DNA of 63,718 bases, the filler included, from Licmophora abbreviata (taxonomy: Eukaryota): assembly GCA_900291995.1 (NCBI GenBank). It is 17 parts of 17 records of this genome, joined end to end, with 100 filler letters (N's around TTAATTAATTAA, not from the genome) between each part and the next. Parts side by side here need not be neighbours in the genome. Positions count along the whole stretch, not along the records: positions 23,134 to 25,534 come from OLMU01001154.1; positions 25,635 to 27,063 come from OLMU01001155.1; positions 27,164 to 29,377 come from OLMU01001156.1; positions 29,478 to 31,257 come from OLMU01001157.1; positions 31,358 to 36,669 come from OLMU01001158.1; 12 more parts are not named here. One strand, 5' to 3'. Position numbers and translations under genes: made by a program. The notes beneath the pieces were generated by a model. That model searched no databases. It was given only the letters and a program-made list of their open reading frames with translations, and was not told the origin of the DNA. Below, piece after piece: positions 23,355 through 34,243 of this stretch. The stretch's first letter is position 1; every line of letters begins with the position of its first letter.

Positions 23355-24218
23355 ATGCCGAAAGCCGCCTATTATCTGACACATCCACAGCGGCGCACCA
23401 CCTCGGTGGTGTTCGCATCGCCTCATTCGGGGCGGGATTATCCGTGGTCCTTCCTGAGGCGCACCGCGCTGAACGAGCATTCGGTGCGCAGTTCGGAAGA
23501 TGCCTTTGTCGATCAGCTGTTCGAAAGCGCCCCGCGTCATGGGGCGCCGTTAATCCGCGCGGGGGCGCCGCGCGCCTTCGTCGATCTCAACCGCAGCGCC
23601 GACGAGCTTGACCCCGCGTTGATCGAAGGGGTGCGGCGGTCGGGGCACAATCCGCGGATCGCCTCGGGGCTGGGGGTGATTCCGCGCGTGGTGGCCAATG
23701 GGCAGGCGATCTATGCTGGCAAGATCCCACTGGCCGAGGCGCAGCGGCGCATCGAGACCTATTGGCGGCCCTATCACGAGGCTCTGGAAACGCAGCTGTC
23801 GCAGGCGCATGTGATGTTCGGGCAGGCGATCCTGATCGATTGTCATTCGATGCCGCATGAGGCGATGGATGCGGTGGCGCGGACCGGCGTGCGCCGTCCC
23901 GAGGTCGTGCTGGGGGATCGGTTCGGCGCGGCGTCGGCGCCCGAGATCGTGGACCGCATCGAAGAGGCGTTCACGGTGGCGGGGCTTGTGGTGACGCGCA
24001 ACACGCCGTTCGCGGGGGCCTATGTGACGCAGCATTACGGGCGACCGTCACGGGGGCGTCACGCGGTGCAGATCGAGATCGACCGTGCGCTTTACATGAA
24101 TGAACAGCTTATTCGCCCCAATGGGCATTTCGAGGCGTTCCAGCAGCTTCTGGACGGGGTGATCGCGGATATCGCCCGGATCGGACGCGCCGCCGAACAG
24201 CCGCTTGCGGCCGAGTGA
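23355..24218 (+). CDS. N-formylglutamate amidohydrolase family
   Basis: ASPHSG, SEDAFVD, RAFVDLNR, LIDCHSMP, LGDRFG, QIEIDRALYM. Confidence 0.9.
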   Translation: MPKAAYYLTHPQRRTTSVVFASPHSGRDYPWSFLRRTALNEHSVRSSEDAFVDQLFESAPRHGAPLIRAGAPRAFVDLNRSADELDPALIEGVRRSGHNPRIASGLGVIPRVVANGQAIYAGKIPLAEAQRRIETYWRPYHEALETQLSQAHVMFGQAILIDCHSMPHEAMDAVARTGVRRPEVVLGDRFGAASAPEIVDRIEEAFTVAGLVVTRNTPFAGAYVTQHYGRPSRGRHAVQIEIDRALYMNEQLIRPNGHFEAFQQLLDGVIADIARIGRAAEQPLAAE

Positions 24219-24230
24219 CCGGGGCCTGAT

Positions 24231-25484
24231 TTACCGTAGCGAACGACCTTTGAGGATCGCACCGGGGCCGAAGCGGGCGCGGATGAGATCGGTGGCGCGC
24301 TCGGCCCCGCTGCGGCGGGCGGCATTCGGATCGAGAAGATCGCCCGAGAGATCCGCGCCGTCCTCGGGCACCAGTTCGGACAGGCCCACACCGATCAGCC
24401 TGTACGGGGCCTGTCCTTCGACCTGATCCAGAAGGGCGCGCGCGGTACGATAGATCGTGTCGGCCAGCTGGGTGGCGTCGCGCAGGGCAATGCGCCGGGT
24501 CAGCCCAGCATGATCGGCGCGCTTGAGCTTGAGGGTGACGACGCGGCCTGCGATGCGTTTGGCCTTGGCGCGGTCGGCGACTTTTTCGGCCAGCCGCCAC
24601 AGGTGACCGTCCAGAATGTCGGTGGCGCCGGTGTCTTCGGAAAAGGTGGTTTCGTTCGAGATCGATTTGACCGGCGCATTGGCCGAGACGCGGCGCGCGT
24701 CCTGACCACGGGCCAGATGCCATAGCCGGTTGCCCATCGAGCCGAAGCGCGCAATGAGATCCTGACGCTCCCATCTGAGAAGATCGGCGAAGGTGCGGAT
24801 GCCCGCTGCATCGAGCGCGGTGCGCGTGGCCTGTCCCACACCCCAGATGAGACCAACGGGCTTGTCGCGCAGGAAGGCGTCGGTTTCGGCGGCGCCGATC
24901 ACCGCAAAGCCATGCGGCTTGTCCAGATCAGAGGCGACCTTGGCCAGAAACTTGTTGTGCGACAAGCCGATAGAGCCGGTGATGCCAAGTTCGGAGCGCA
25001 TCCGCCGGACCAGACCGGCCAGCATCACCGCAGGCGGCGCGCCATGCAGGCGGGCGGTGCCGGTGAGGTCGAGAAACGCCTCGTCCAGCGACAGGGGTTC
25101 CACTGCCGGGGTGAGGTCTTCCATCATTGCGCGGATCTGGCGGGAGACCTGAACGTATAGCTCCATCCGGGGTTTCAGAACCACCGCATCAGGGCAGAGC
25201 GCGAGTGCCTTGAACATCGGCATGGCCGAGCGGACGCCGCGAATTCGCGCGATATAACAAGCAGTTGAGACGACACCGCGCCGCCCGCCGCCAATGATCA
25301 CGGGCTTATCGGCAAGGCTGGGGTTGTCGCGTTTTTCGACGCTGGCATAGAAGGCGTCGCAATCCATATGCGCAATCGACAGGTCGAACAGCTCCGGGTG
25401 GGAGGTCACACGGGGGCTGCGACAGGCGGGGCAGCGCGCACCGGCGTCAAACCGGGTCAGGCAATCGCGGCAGAGGGCTGGCAT
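24231..25484 (-). CDS. dinB: DNA polymerase IV
   Basis: HMDCDAFYASVE, STACYIAR, SLDEAFLD, KFLAKVASD. N-terminal Zn-ribbon typical of the alphaproteobacterial form. Confidence 0.96.
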   Translation of the reverse strand: MPALCRDCLTRFDAGARCPACRSPRVTSHPELFDLSIAHMDCDAFYASVEKRDNPSLADKPVIIGGGRRGVVSTACYIARIRGVRSAMPMFKALALCPDAVVLKPRMELYVQVSRQIRAMMEDLTPAVEPLSLDEAFLDLTGTARLHGAPPAVMLAGLVRRMRSELGITGSIGLSHNKFLAKVASDLDKPHGFAVIGAAETDAFLRDKPVGLIWGVGQATRTALDAAGIRTFADLLRWERQDLIARFGSMGNRLWHLARGQDARRVSANAPVKSISNETTFSEDTGATDILDGHLWRLAEKVADRAKAKRIAGRVVTLKLKRADHAGLTRRIALRDATQLADTIYRTARALLDQVEGQAPYRLIGVGLSELVPEDGADLSGDLLDPNAARRSGAERATDLIRARFGPGAILKGRSLR

Positions 25485-25682
25485 CCGGGCCTCGGGGTTG
25501 CGTACGACATGGACGGTTTGTACCGCAGTTTCGTNNNNNNNNNNNNNNNNNNNNNNNNNNNNNNNNNNNNNNNNNNNNTTAATTAATTAANNNNNNNNNN
25601 NNNNNNNNNNNNNNNNNNNNNNNNNNNNNNNNNNGGGGTTGCGTACGACATGGACGGTTTGTACCGCAGTTTCGTACGAAAA

Positions 25683-26375
25683 TCAGCCGGCGAGTTCCGT
25701 CAGGATGGATCGTGCGGCAGCCACCGGATCGGACGCGGCCCAGATCGGGCGGCCCACGACGATATGATCGGCACCGTCGGCGATGGCCTGAGCGGGGGTG
25801 GCCACGCGTTTCTGATCGCCGAGATCCGACCCGGCGGGGCGGACCCCCGGCGTGACAATGAGCCGGCCCTCCGCTTCGGGCAGGGCGCGGATCATCGAGG
25901 CTTCCTGCGGCGAGGCGATCACGCCATGGGCGCCGGCGTCGAAGGCGCGGGCGGCGCGTTCGGCCACCAGATCGGGCACCGCGCCGGGACGGATCAGGCT
26001 GGCATCCAGATCGGCCCGGTCCAGAGAGGTCAGGATCGTGACGGCAAGGATCTTGGTGGCGCTGCCCGATGCGCCTTCGCAGGCGGCGCGCACGACATGC
26101 GGATCGCCATGCACGGTCAGGAAATCCAGATCGTATTGCACCAGCCCGCGCACGGCCTTTTCCACGGTGGCGCCGATGTCGAAGAGCTTGAGGTCGAGAA
26201 AGATGCGCTTGCCGTGCTCTTGCTTGAGTTCGTTGGCCACCGCCAGCCCGCCGCCGGTCAACATGCCGAGGCCGATCTTGTAGAACGACACGGCATCGCC
26301 CAGACGGGCCGTCAGCGACAGCGCATCAAGCGCGTTGGGAACATCGAGGGCGACGATCAGGCGGTCATCGGACAT
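25683..26375 (-). CDS. pyrF: orotidine-5'-phosphate decarboxylase
   Basis: LIVALD, FLDLKLFDIGATV, VTPGVRP, DQKRVATP, VVGRPI. Confidence 0.97.
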   Translation of the reverse strand: MSDDRLIVALDVPNALDALSLTARLGDAVSFYKIGLGMLTGGGLAVANELKQEHGKRIFLDLKLFDIGATVEKAVRGLVQYDLDFLTVHGDPHVVRAACEGASGSATKILAVTILTSLDRADLDASLIRPGAVPDLVAERAARAFDAGAHGVIASPQEASMIRALPEAEGRLIVTPGVRPAGSDLGDQKRVATPAQAIADGADHIVVGRPIWAASDPVAAARSILTELAG

Positions 26376-26588
26376 GGGGCGGGCCTTTGGTGATTGGCGG
26401 GGTCAGGGATCGGTGGTCCTTGTCGCGGCAGCGGGCGGCGGCGTCAAGCCCGCAGGGAGCAGGACCGAGAGGGCGTCGGGGGGACTCGGATAGCTTGCGT
26501 TCTGTCTTTGGATGGGAACGTCAACTGTGAGTTGACCGGGGTGGAGCGGTTGGGCATTGTCGCCTCTGGTAGAGAGTGTGAGCGGTTT

Positions 26589-27283
26589 ATGCAGATCAAT
26601 ATCACCTTGGATCATCCGGGCAACGGCCCCGAACGTGGCCCCGTGCAGGTCGGTTGGTTTCTGACAACAGATAAGGCGGGGGTGCTTTTCGATCCGCCCG
26701 AGCGTCTGACTTCGCGGCAGACCAATACCGGACACGCGAAGTCGGCATCGCGTTGTCCGAGCGTGATCCAGATGGAAAGCCGGTATTTCGTGGTCAAATG
26801 TCCTTACGACCTGCATATCGGATTCGATCGCAAGGAAGATGGCCGTGCCGTGCTGGTCAATCGCGCGGGGGCCTCGGGGGCGGTGCGACGCGGCAAGCTG
26901 CCCGATGTCATAAAGCTGGTGAACGAAGAGGAATGGCGCTACCCGGACCGGCCGACGGTTCAGATCGTTCTCCCGTATTGCTTTATCGCGGATGAGACGC
27001 TGTACATGACCCAGCTTGGGCCATTCGCGCATTACCGCCCCGATCCGCTGCCCGGCACGATCTNNNNNNNNNNNNNNNNNNNNNNNNNNNNNNNNNNNNN
27101 NNNNNNNTTAATTAATTAANNNNNNNNNNNNNNNNNNNNNNNNNNNNNNNNNNNNNNNNNNNNCAGGAGTATATGGACAGCCTGTCTGGCGTGGTGAATT
27201 ACGTGAACCAGACATTCGGTCTGTTCAAGGCCGCCGAGGCGATCCGCCCCAAGAATTTGCTCAAGGCGAAAAAGCGCGACTGA
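26589..27283 (+). CDS. hypothetical protein spanning gap 27064-27163
   Basis: Open frame from ATG 26589 to the gap. After the gap QEYMDSLSGVVNYVNQTFGLFKAAE...* ends at 27283. The join is inferred. Confidence 0.6.
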
Positions 27284-27346
27284 TCCGAGACTAGTCCGGG
27301 TGTCTGTCGGGTGGGCGGATAATCCGCAGGGTTTTGCGCGGCCCGT

Positions 27347-27375
27347 CTTGAACATCACGGGCGTGTTACCCATTT
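27347..27375 (+). promoter_or_regulatory. RpoH (sigma32)-type promoter of clpB
   Basis: CTTGAA-N16-CCCATTT about 80 nt upstream of clpB. Confidence 0.65.
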
Positions 27376-27456
27376 TCATAAGCGAGGTTCCCGACCGCCG
27401 CATGCCTCGTGCAGGGTGCGCGACCGGGGTAACGCTTGTGACAAAGGAGACAGACC

Positions 27457-30152
27457 ATGGACTTGAACAAGTTCACGGAGCGGTCGCGCGGATTCATCCA
27501 GGCGGCACAGACGATTGCGATGCGGGAAAGCCATCAGAAACTGGCGCCCGAACACCTTCTCAAGGCATTGATGGACGACAGCGAGGGGCTTGCCTCGAAC
27601 CTGATCCGGCGCGCGGGCGGGACGCCCGAACGCGTGGTACAGGCGCTTGATCTGGCGCTGGGCAAGATCCCGCAGGTGAGCGGCGATGCCGGGCAGACCT
27701 ATATGGATCAGCAGACCGGCAAGGTTCTGGCCGAGGCCGAAAAGCTGGCGGGCAAGGCCGGGGACAGTTTCGTGCCCGTGGAACGGATGCTGACCGCGCT
27801 GGCCATCGTGAAATCCCCCGCCAAGGATGCGCTGGATCAGGGCGGCGTCAGTGCGCAGAGCCTCAACGAGGCGATCAACGATCTGCGCAAGGGGCGCAAG
27901 GCCGACAGCGCCTCGGCGGAAGATACCTATGAGGCGCTTGAGAAATATGCCCATGACCTGACACGCGCGGCGAGCGAAGGCAAGATCGACCCGATCATCG
28001 GCCGCGATGACGAGATCCGCCGCGCGATGCAGGTCCTGAGCCGCCGGACCAAGAACAACCCGGTTCTGATCGGTGAGCCGGGTGTCGGCAAGACCGCCAT
28101 CGCCGAAGGGCTGGCGCTGCGCATCGTCAATGGCGACGTGCCCGAAAGCCTGCAGAACAAGCGGCTTCTGGCGCTGGACATGGGTGCGCTGATCGCCGGT
28201 GCGAAATATCGCGGCGAGTTCGAGGAGCGTCTGAAGGCGATCCTGAACGAGGTGACGGGCGCCGCGGGCGAGATCATCCTGTTCATCGACGAGATGCATA
28301 CGCTGGTGGGCGCGGGCAAGGCCGATGGCGCGATGGATGCGGCCAACCTCATCAAGCCCGCGCTGGCGCGCGGTGAGCTGCACTGTATCGGGGCCACCAC
28401 GCTGGATGAATACCGCAAGCATGTGGAAAAGGACGCCGCATTGGCGCGGCGCTTCCAGCCCTTGGTGGTCGAGGAGCCGACGGTTGAGGACACGATCTCG
28501 ATCCTGCGGGGCATCAAGGAGAAATACGAGCTGCATCACGGGGTGCGCATTTCGGATGCCGCGTTGGTGGCGGCGGCGACGCTGAGCCATCGGTATATCA
28601 CCGACCGGTTCCTGCCGGACAAGGCGATCGACCTGATGGACGAGGCCGGGAGCCGGCTGCGGATGGAAGTGGACAGCAAGCCCGAGGAACTGGACGCGCT
28701 TGACCGCGAGATCCTGCAAAAGCAGATCGAGGCCGAGGCGCTGAAGAAAGAGGATGATGCGGCCAGCAAGGACCGTCTGGAGACGCTGGAAAAGGAACTG
28801 TCCGATCTACAGGAGAAATCCGCCGAGATGACTGCGCAATGGCAGGCCGAGCGCGACAAGCTGGCCGGTGCCCGCGATCTCAAGGAGCAGTTGGACCGCG
28901 CTCGTATCGAGCTGGACCATGCCAAGCGCGAGGGCAATCTGGCCCGCGCGGGCGAGCTGTCCTATGGCGTGATCCCGCAGCTTGAAAAGCAGCTGGCCGA
29001 GGCCGAGCAGGCCGAAGAGGAGGGTGTCATGGTCGAAGAGGCGGTGCGCCCCGAACAGATCGCCCAGGTGGTCGAACGCTGGACGGGGATCCCCACCGCC
29101 AAGATGCTGGAAGGCGAGCGCGAGAAACTGTTGTCGATGGAAGACAACCTGCATCGCCGGGTGATCGGGCAGGATCAGGCCGTCAAGGCCGTGGCCAATG
29201 CCGTGCGCCGGGCGCGCGCCGGGCTGAACGACGAGAACCGCCCGCTTGGGTCGTTCCTGTTCCTTGGTCCGACGGGTGTGGGCAAAACCGAGCTGACCAA
29301 GGCGGTCGCCGAATTCCTGTTCGACGACGATCAGGCGATGGTGCGGATCGACATGAGCGAGTTCATGGAGAAACACTNNNNNNNNNNNNNNNNNNNNNNN
29401 NNNNNNNNNNNNNNNNNNNNNTTAATTAATTAANNNNNNNNNNNNNNNNNNNNNNNNNNNNNNNNNNNNNNNNNNNNCCTCCGGGCTATGTCGGCTATGA
29501 CGAGGGCGGGGTGTTGACCGAAGCCGTGCGGCGCCGGCCCTATCAGGTGGTGCTGTTCGACGAGGTCGAAAAGGCGCATCCCGAGGTGTTCAACGTGCTC
29601 TTGCAGGTGCTCGATGATGGTGTGTTGACCGACGGGCAGGGCCGGACTGTGGATTTCAAGCAGACGCTGATCATCCTGACCTCGAACCTTGGCAGTCAGG
29701 CGCTGAGCCAGATGCCCGAGGCCGCGGATGCCGCCGAGGCCAAGCGCGATGTGATGGATGCGGTCCGGTCGCATCTCCGGCCCGAATTCCTGAACCGTCT
29801 CGATGAGATCGTGATCTTCGACCGGCTGACGCGCGACCAGATGGGCGGCATCGTGGATATCCAGATGCGCCGGTTGCTCAAGCGTCTGGCCAGCCGCAAG
29901 ATCACGCTGGAGCTGGACGAGGCCGCGCATAAGTGGCTGGCGGATCAGGGCTATGATCCGGTCTATGGCGCGCGCCCGCTCAAGCGGGTGATCCAGAAGG
30001 CGTTGCAGGACCCGCTGGCAGAGGCGATCCTCGGCGGCGAGATCAAGGATGGCGCCACGGTTCCGGTCAGTGCCGGGGCCGAGGGGCTGATTATCGGTGA
30101 TCGGGTCGGCACATCGGACCGCCAGCCGCCGCAGGATGCTGTGGTTCACTGA
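27457..30152 (+). CDS. clpB: ClpB disaggregase (interrupted by gap 29378-29477)
   Basis: Walker A motifs GEPGVGKT and GPTGVGKT, middle coiled coil, [11 protein letters not shown] | [19 protein letters not shown]. Confidence 0.98.
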
Positions 30153-30174
30153 CGGTTTAGATCGGCACGTCAAG

Positions 30175-30208
30175 CGGCTCCCGGACCATCCGGGGGCCGT
30201 TTTGTTTT
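30175..30208 (+). terminator. intrinsic terminator of clpB
   Basis: CGGCTCCCGGA-CCA-TCCGGGGGCCG followed by TTTTGTTTT. Confidence 0.8.
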
Positions 30209-30283
30209 GCGGCGGGGCGCAGACATCGGTTGATTTTGCGCCCGATACGGTAACAATGCGGCAAACAAAGAGATCCAGTGCCC

Positions 30284-31063
30284 ATGTCGAATACGAGTTC
30301 CGCCGCCCGAACCATCCAAGCCCTTGACGGTGCCGAGGTCATAGACGGCTTCCTGCGCCCGCACGCCACCGAGACGCCGCTGATCCGGCTGGGTGATTTC
30401 GGGGATGGGGGCTATCTGGTGCCGGACGATCTGCGCGGGATCGCGGCCTGCTATTCGCCCGGTGTCTCGGAACAGGCGACGTTCGAGATGGATCTGGCCA
30501 AGCGCGGGATCATGTCCTTCATGGCCGATGCCTCGGTCGAGACGCCGCCGCTGGATGTGCCTGGCGCGCAGTTCGTGCCGAAGTTTCTAGGCAACAAGGA
30601 CAAGGGCAACACCATGACGCTTGAGACATGGGTGCGCGATACGGACCCCGCGCCGGGCGAAGATCTGCTGTTGCAGATGGATATCGAGGGGGCGGAATAC
30701 ACCACCCTGGCGGCGGCGCCGCGCGATCTGCTGCGGCGGTTCCGGATGATCGTGATCGAGTGGCATCACCTGCCCTCGGTGCTGAGCAAGCCGCGGTTTC
30801 TGGGGCCTGCTCTGGAGGTGGTGGAGAAGCTTCGGGACGATTTCGTGACCGTCCATCTGCATCCCAACAACGTCTCGGGCAGTGTCGAGATCGACGGTGA
30901 GGCCATCCCGAGGGTGGTGGAGGCGACGCTGCTGCGCCGTGACCGGGCAAGCGGTGTGCGCCCGATGCTGGCACAGGATTTGCCCCATCCGCTGGACCGG
31001 CGGCACAACCCCCGCCGTCCATGGCTGCCGGTGCCGGGACGGTGGCTTGGGGCTGCGGAATAG
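30284..31063 (+). CDS. FkbM-like SAM methyltransferase
   Basis: RLGDFGDGGYLVP, YSPGV, LLQMDIEGAEY, IVIEWH, VHLHPNN. Confidence 0.8.
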   Translation: MSNTSSAARTIQALDGAEVIDGFLRPHATETPLIRLGDFGDGGYLVPDDLRGIAACYSPGVSEQATFEMDLAKRGIMSFMADASVETPPLDVPGAQFVPKFLGNKDKGNTMTLETWVRDTDPAPGEDLLLQMDIEGAEYTTLAAAPRDLLRRFRMIVIEWHHLPSVLSKPRFLGPALEVVEKLRDDFVTVHLHPNNVSGSVEIDGEAIPRVVEATLLRRDRASGVRPMLAQDLPHPLDRRHNPRRPWLPVPGRWLGAAE

Positions 31064-31448
31064 GCGGGGGCGCATTATTCGAGGGCTGCATTGCAAGGAT
31101 TTGCTGCAATGATGAATTGATTTTTTGGCTGATCCGGTGAAAATAGCGCGCAAATAATAGTGCGTAATGGCAATGAGTGAGGTGGCAGTGGTGACAAACG
31201 CAATGGGCGACGAGATCCACATGTTCGAGCTATGCTCAAACGCATCAACCAAATGGGNNNNNNNNNNNNNNNNNNNNNNNNNNNNNNNNNNNNNNNNNNN
31301 NTTAATTAATTAANNNNNNNNNNNNNNNNNNNNNNNNNNNNNNNNNNNNNNNNNNNNTATTCGAGGGCTGCATTGCAAGGATTTGCTGCAATGATGAATT
31401 GATTTTTTGGCTGATCCGGTGAAAATAGCGCGCAAATAATAGTGCGTA

Positions 31449-33212
31449 ATGGCAATGAGTGAGGTGGCAGTGGTGACAAACGCAATGGGCGACGAGCAGG
31501 CGAATCCGTTGGCGCGTAAGCGCGCCAAGGGTCAGGCTTATCTTGAGTTTCTCGCCGATATGCACGGCGCCATTGGCCCGGACTGGTATCTGGAGGTGGG
31601 CACGCAGACGGGCAAAAGCCTGCTGGCGGCGGATTGTGCCTGCGTCTCGGTCGATCCGGAATTCACCATTAAGCACGAGATCATGGGCGCCAAGCCCGGC
31701 CTGATGCTGTTTCAGGACACCAGCGACCGCTTTTTCGAGAGTGGCTTTCTGGACCGGCTGGGGGTGCGCTTCGATCTGGCGTTCCTCGACGGGATGCATC
31801 TTTATGAATACCTGCTGCGCGATTTCATGAATGCCGAGGGCTACATGACCAAGGGCGCCACGGTGGTGATGCATGACTGCCTGCCATTCGAGCCGTCGAT
31901 GGCCGAGCGCGACAGGCGCAACGCCAAGACCCGGGCTTGGACCGGGGATGTGTGGAAGGTGATCCCGATCCTGCGCGAATACCGGCCCGATCTGGAGATC
32001 ACCCTGTATGATGCCGCGCCCACCGGGCTTACGATCATTCGCAATCTCGATCCCGGCAACACGGTGCTGCGCGATCGCTATGACGAGATCATCGCGAAAT
32101 ACGACGAGATCACAGATGTCACCACGCAGGTCCGGGCCTTCGAGGTGGTGTCGACCAACCGCAGCCCGTGGAAGGGCGGGGCAGCGACCAAGACAAGCGC
32201 GCCGCGCCGCATGGCGCTGCCTGCGCCGGCCCTGACCGCGGTGACGTCTGTATCTTCGGTGGCGGCGGCGCCGGTCTTTCCCAAGGGCGACGGGCCGTTG
32301 TCCTTCGTGATCCAGACCGCCGCGCCCAATGCGCGGGTGATGCCGAAATGGGGCGATTATTTCTTTGCCAAGGGTCTGGCCGAGGCGCTGGAACGGCAGG
32401 GCCACAAGGCCCGCATCCAGGCGCGAAACCGCTGGAACGTGAGCGAAGCGCCGGGCGAGATCGACATCGTGTTGCGCGGGCGGGCCGACTATGCGCGGCG
32501 CGGCAGCACGCCGACGCTTTATTGGGTGATATCCGGGGGCGAGCATGTGCCGCGCCCGGAACTCGAACAGGCGGACCATATTTTCGTAGCCGGTCAGGCG
32601 CTGGCGGATCGGTGGTCGCGGCAGGTGGGCGACGACAAGGTTTCGGTCATGTGGCAGGCCTTTGACGCCACGCGCATGCCTCTGCCCCCAGAGCGTGTCA
32701 AGCGCAACGGGATCGTGTTTGTGGGGATCGCCCGCAAGATGCGGCCTATCGTGCAGATCGCCATGGAGACCCGCTATAGCCTGAAGCTTTGGGGAAATGG
32801 CTGGCGCGAGACGGAGGCGGCGAAATACGTCGTCGCTGACCGGATCGACAATGATGATCTGGGCGGGCTGTATTCCGGCGCCGAGATCGTGCTGAACGAT
32901 CAGACCCGGATCATGCGCAAGGCGGGACTTGTCTCGAACCGGATTTTCGATGCGCTGGCCTGCGGTGCGCCGGTGGTCACCACCCCGACGGGGGGCCTGC
33001 CCGAGGATTTGCGGCCCTTCGTGACCGAAGTGTCGACGCCCGAGGAGTTCACCGAAGCCGTGCGGGCCATTCGTGCCGAAACCAAGGAGCAGCGCGCTGC
33101 GAGGGATGCGTTTGCCCGCAAGATGCGTGAGACGCATAGTTTCGATGCCCGCGCCTTGGAAGTCCTGGCCAAGGTGACCGAGCTGCGGGACGTCAAGCTG
33201 GCGGCGGAGTGA
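31449..33212 (+). CDS. class I methyltransferase fused to GT-B (CgeB-like) glycosyltransferase
   Basis: N-terminal YLEVGTQTG, AFLDGMH, HDCLP, WTGDVWK. C-terminal WGDYFFA, LWGNGW, VLNDQ, SNRIFDALACG. Start could be 31449, 31455 or 31485. Confidence 0.8.
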   Translation: MAMSEVAVVTNAMGDEQANPLARKRAKGQAYLEFLADMHGAIGPDWYLEVGTQTGKSLLAADCACVSVDPEFTIKHEIMGAKPGLMLFQDTSDRFFESGFLDRLGVRFDLAFLDGMHLYEYLLRDFMNAEGYMTKGATVVMHDCLPFEPSMAERDRRNAKTRAWTGDVWKVIPILREYRPDLEITLYDAAPTGLTIIRNLDPGNTVLRDRYDEIIAKYDEITDVTTQVRAFEVVSTNRSPWKGGAATKTSAPRRMALPAPALTAVTSVSSVAAAPVFPKGDGPLSFVIQTAAPNARVMPKWGDYFFAKGLAEALERQGHKARIQARNRWNVSEAPGEIDIVLRGRADYARRGSTPTLYWVISGGEHVPRPELEQADHIFVAGQALADRWSRQVGDDKVSVMWQAFDATRMPLPPERVKRNGIVFVGIARKMRPIVQIAMETRYSLKLWGNGWRETEAAKYVVADRIDNDDLGGLYSGAEIVLNDQTRIMRKAGLVSNRIFDALACGAPVVTTPTGGLPEDLRPFVTEVSTPEEFTEAVRAIRAETKEQRAARDAFARKMRETHSFDARALEVLAKVTELRDVKLAAE

Positions 33213-33230
33213 CGGCGGCGCAAGCGCGCC

Positions 33231-34196
33231 TCAGGAGACCGAGACCATCTCTTGGAACAGGGCGTTGGTTTCGGGCTTGCCGTGCAGATCCTTGATCGCG
33301 GCGCGGTGATTGTCGCAGCAGGCGTCATGCAGGCGGCGCAATTCGGGGTCGGACAGAAGCTCGTCGTAGATGGCGGATTTGGCCGGGCGGATCGCGTCGA
33401 TGCTGCGGTCTTCGACTTTGTTGTGATTCATCGTGGTCCAGTATTCCAGCCCAAGCGACTCGCCGTCGTGATGCGCCCGGCCGCGGGCCTTTTTGACGAG
33501 GTAGGATTCGCAGGATTTCAGGGCGTAATGATTGATCTGCACCAGATCGTAGCCCAGTGAATCCGGGCCTGACCGCCAGCTGCCTTTGAGGTAGCGGTCC
33601 GGCATCAAGTCACCCGATCCGTTATACCAGTGCAGATCGGCAAACGCCTCGACCGTGGGGCGTTTGGGCCGGTGCACGCCGATATGCCCCCACAGACCCC
33701 GGTGGAACATCGTCTTGAGACCCCAGGCCTGAGGCGGGCGGCGCATGTCTTCGGGGGCCGCCATGCGGAACTGATCGGTCAGGAACCCGTCGGCATAGTC
33801 CTGCACGCCGGCATTGCCGAAGAGCCGCCATGTCATGGATATGGTGCGCGCTTGCGGGATCGCGTCGCACAGGGCGCGCAGGGTGTTGTCGCCGGTCTTG
33901 ATGTTGATGAACTCGTCGGCGTCGATCGGAATGACCCAATCGTCGTCTGCCGCCAGCTTCATCTTGAGGAACCGCCGATAGGCGCGGCGCTGCGGGGCGG
34001 CGTTGCGGGCGGTGTTGTCGAAATGGCGGACCTTGCCCATGGCATCCAGCCGATCAAGCAAGGCATCCGATCCGTCCGTGCAGTCATTCGAGAAGATCGT
34101 GATCTCGTCTACGCCGATGGCCAGGTTATGAGCGACCCATTCGACGATGAAGGGGCCTTCGTTTTTCATCGGGGTCACAGAGACGAACTTTGACAT
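33231..34196 (-). CDS. GT2-like glycosyltransferase
   Basis: MKNEGPFIVEWVAH, NDCTDGS, DADEF, TWRLFG, QINHYA. Confidence 0.88.
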   Translation of the reverse strand: MSKFVSVTPMKNEGPFIVEWVAHNLAIGVDEITIFSNDCTDGSDALLDRLDAMGKVRHFDNTARNAAPQRRAYRRFLKMKLAADDDWVIPIDADEFINIKTGDNTLRALCDAIPQARTISMTWRLFGNAGVQDYADGFLTDQFRMAAPEDMRRPPQAWGLKTMFHRGLWGHIGVHRPKRPTVEAFADLHWYNGSGDLMPDRYLKGSWRSGPDSLGYDLVQINHYALKSCESYLVKKARGRAHHDGESLGLEYWTTMNHNKVEDRSIDAIRPAKSAIYDELLSDPELRRLHDACCDNHRAAIKDLHGKPETNALFQEMVSVS

Positions 34197-34243
34197 GACG
34201 ACATTCCGGTCCTTGTTGGAAAGCGGCGATGCGGGACGCGCGC

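Noticed and set aside
25485..25682. LexA box upstream of dinB, and a 41-bp direct repeat (25494-25534 / 25635-25675)
   Set aside because: No GTTC-N7-GTTC match was found. The repeat flanks a linker and is a contig-end overlap, like AATCAAGTCT at 18644/18754.
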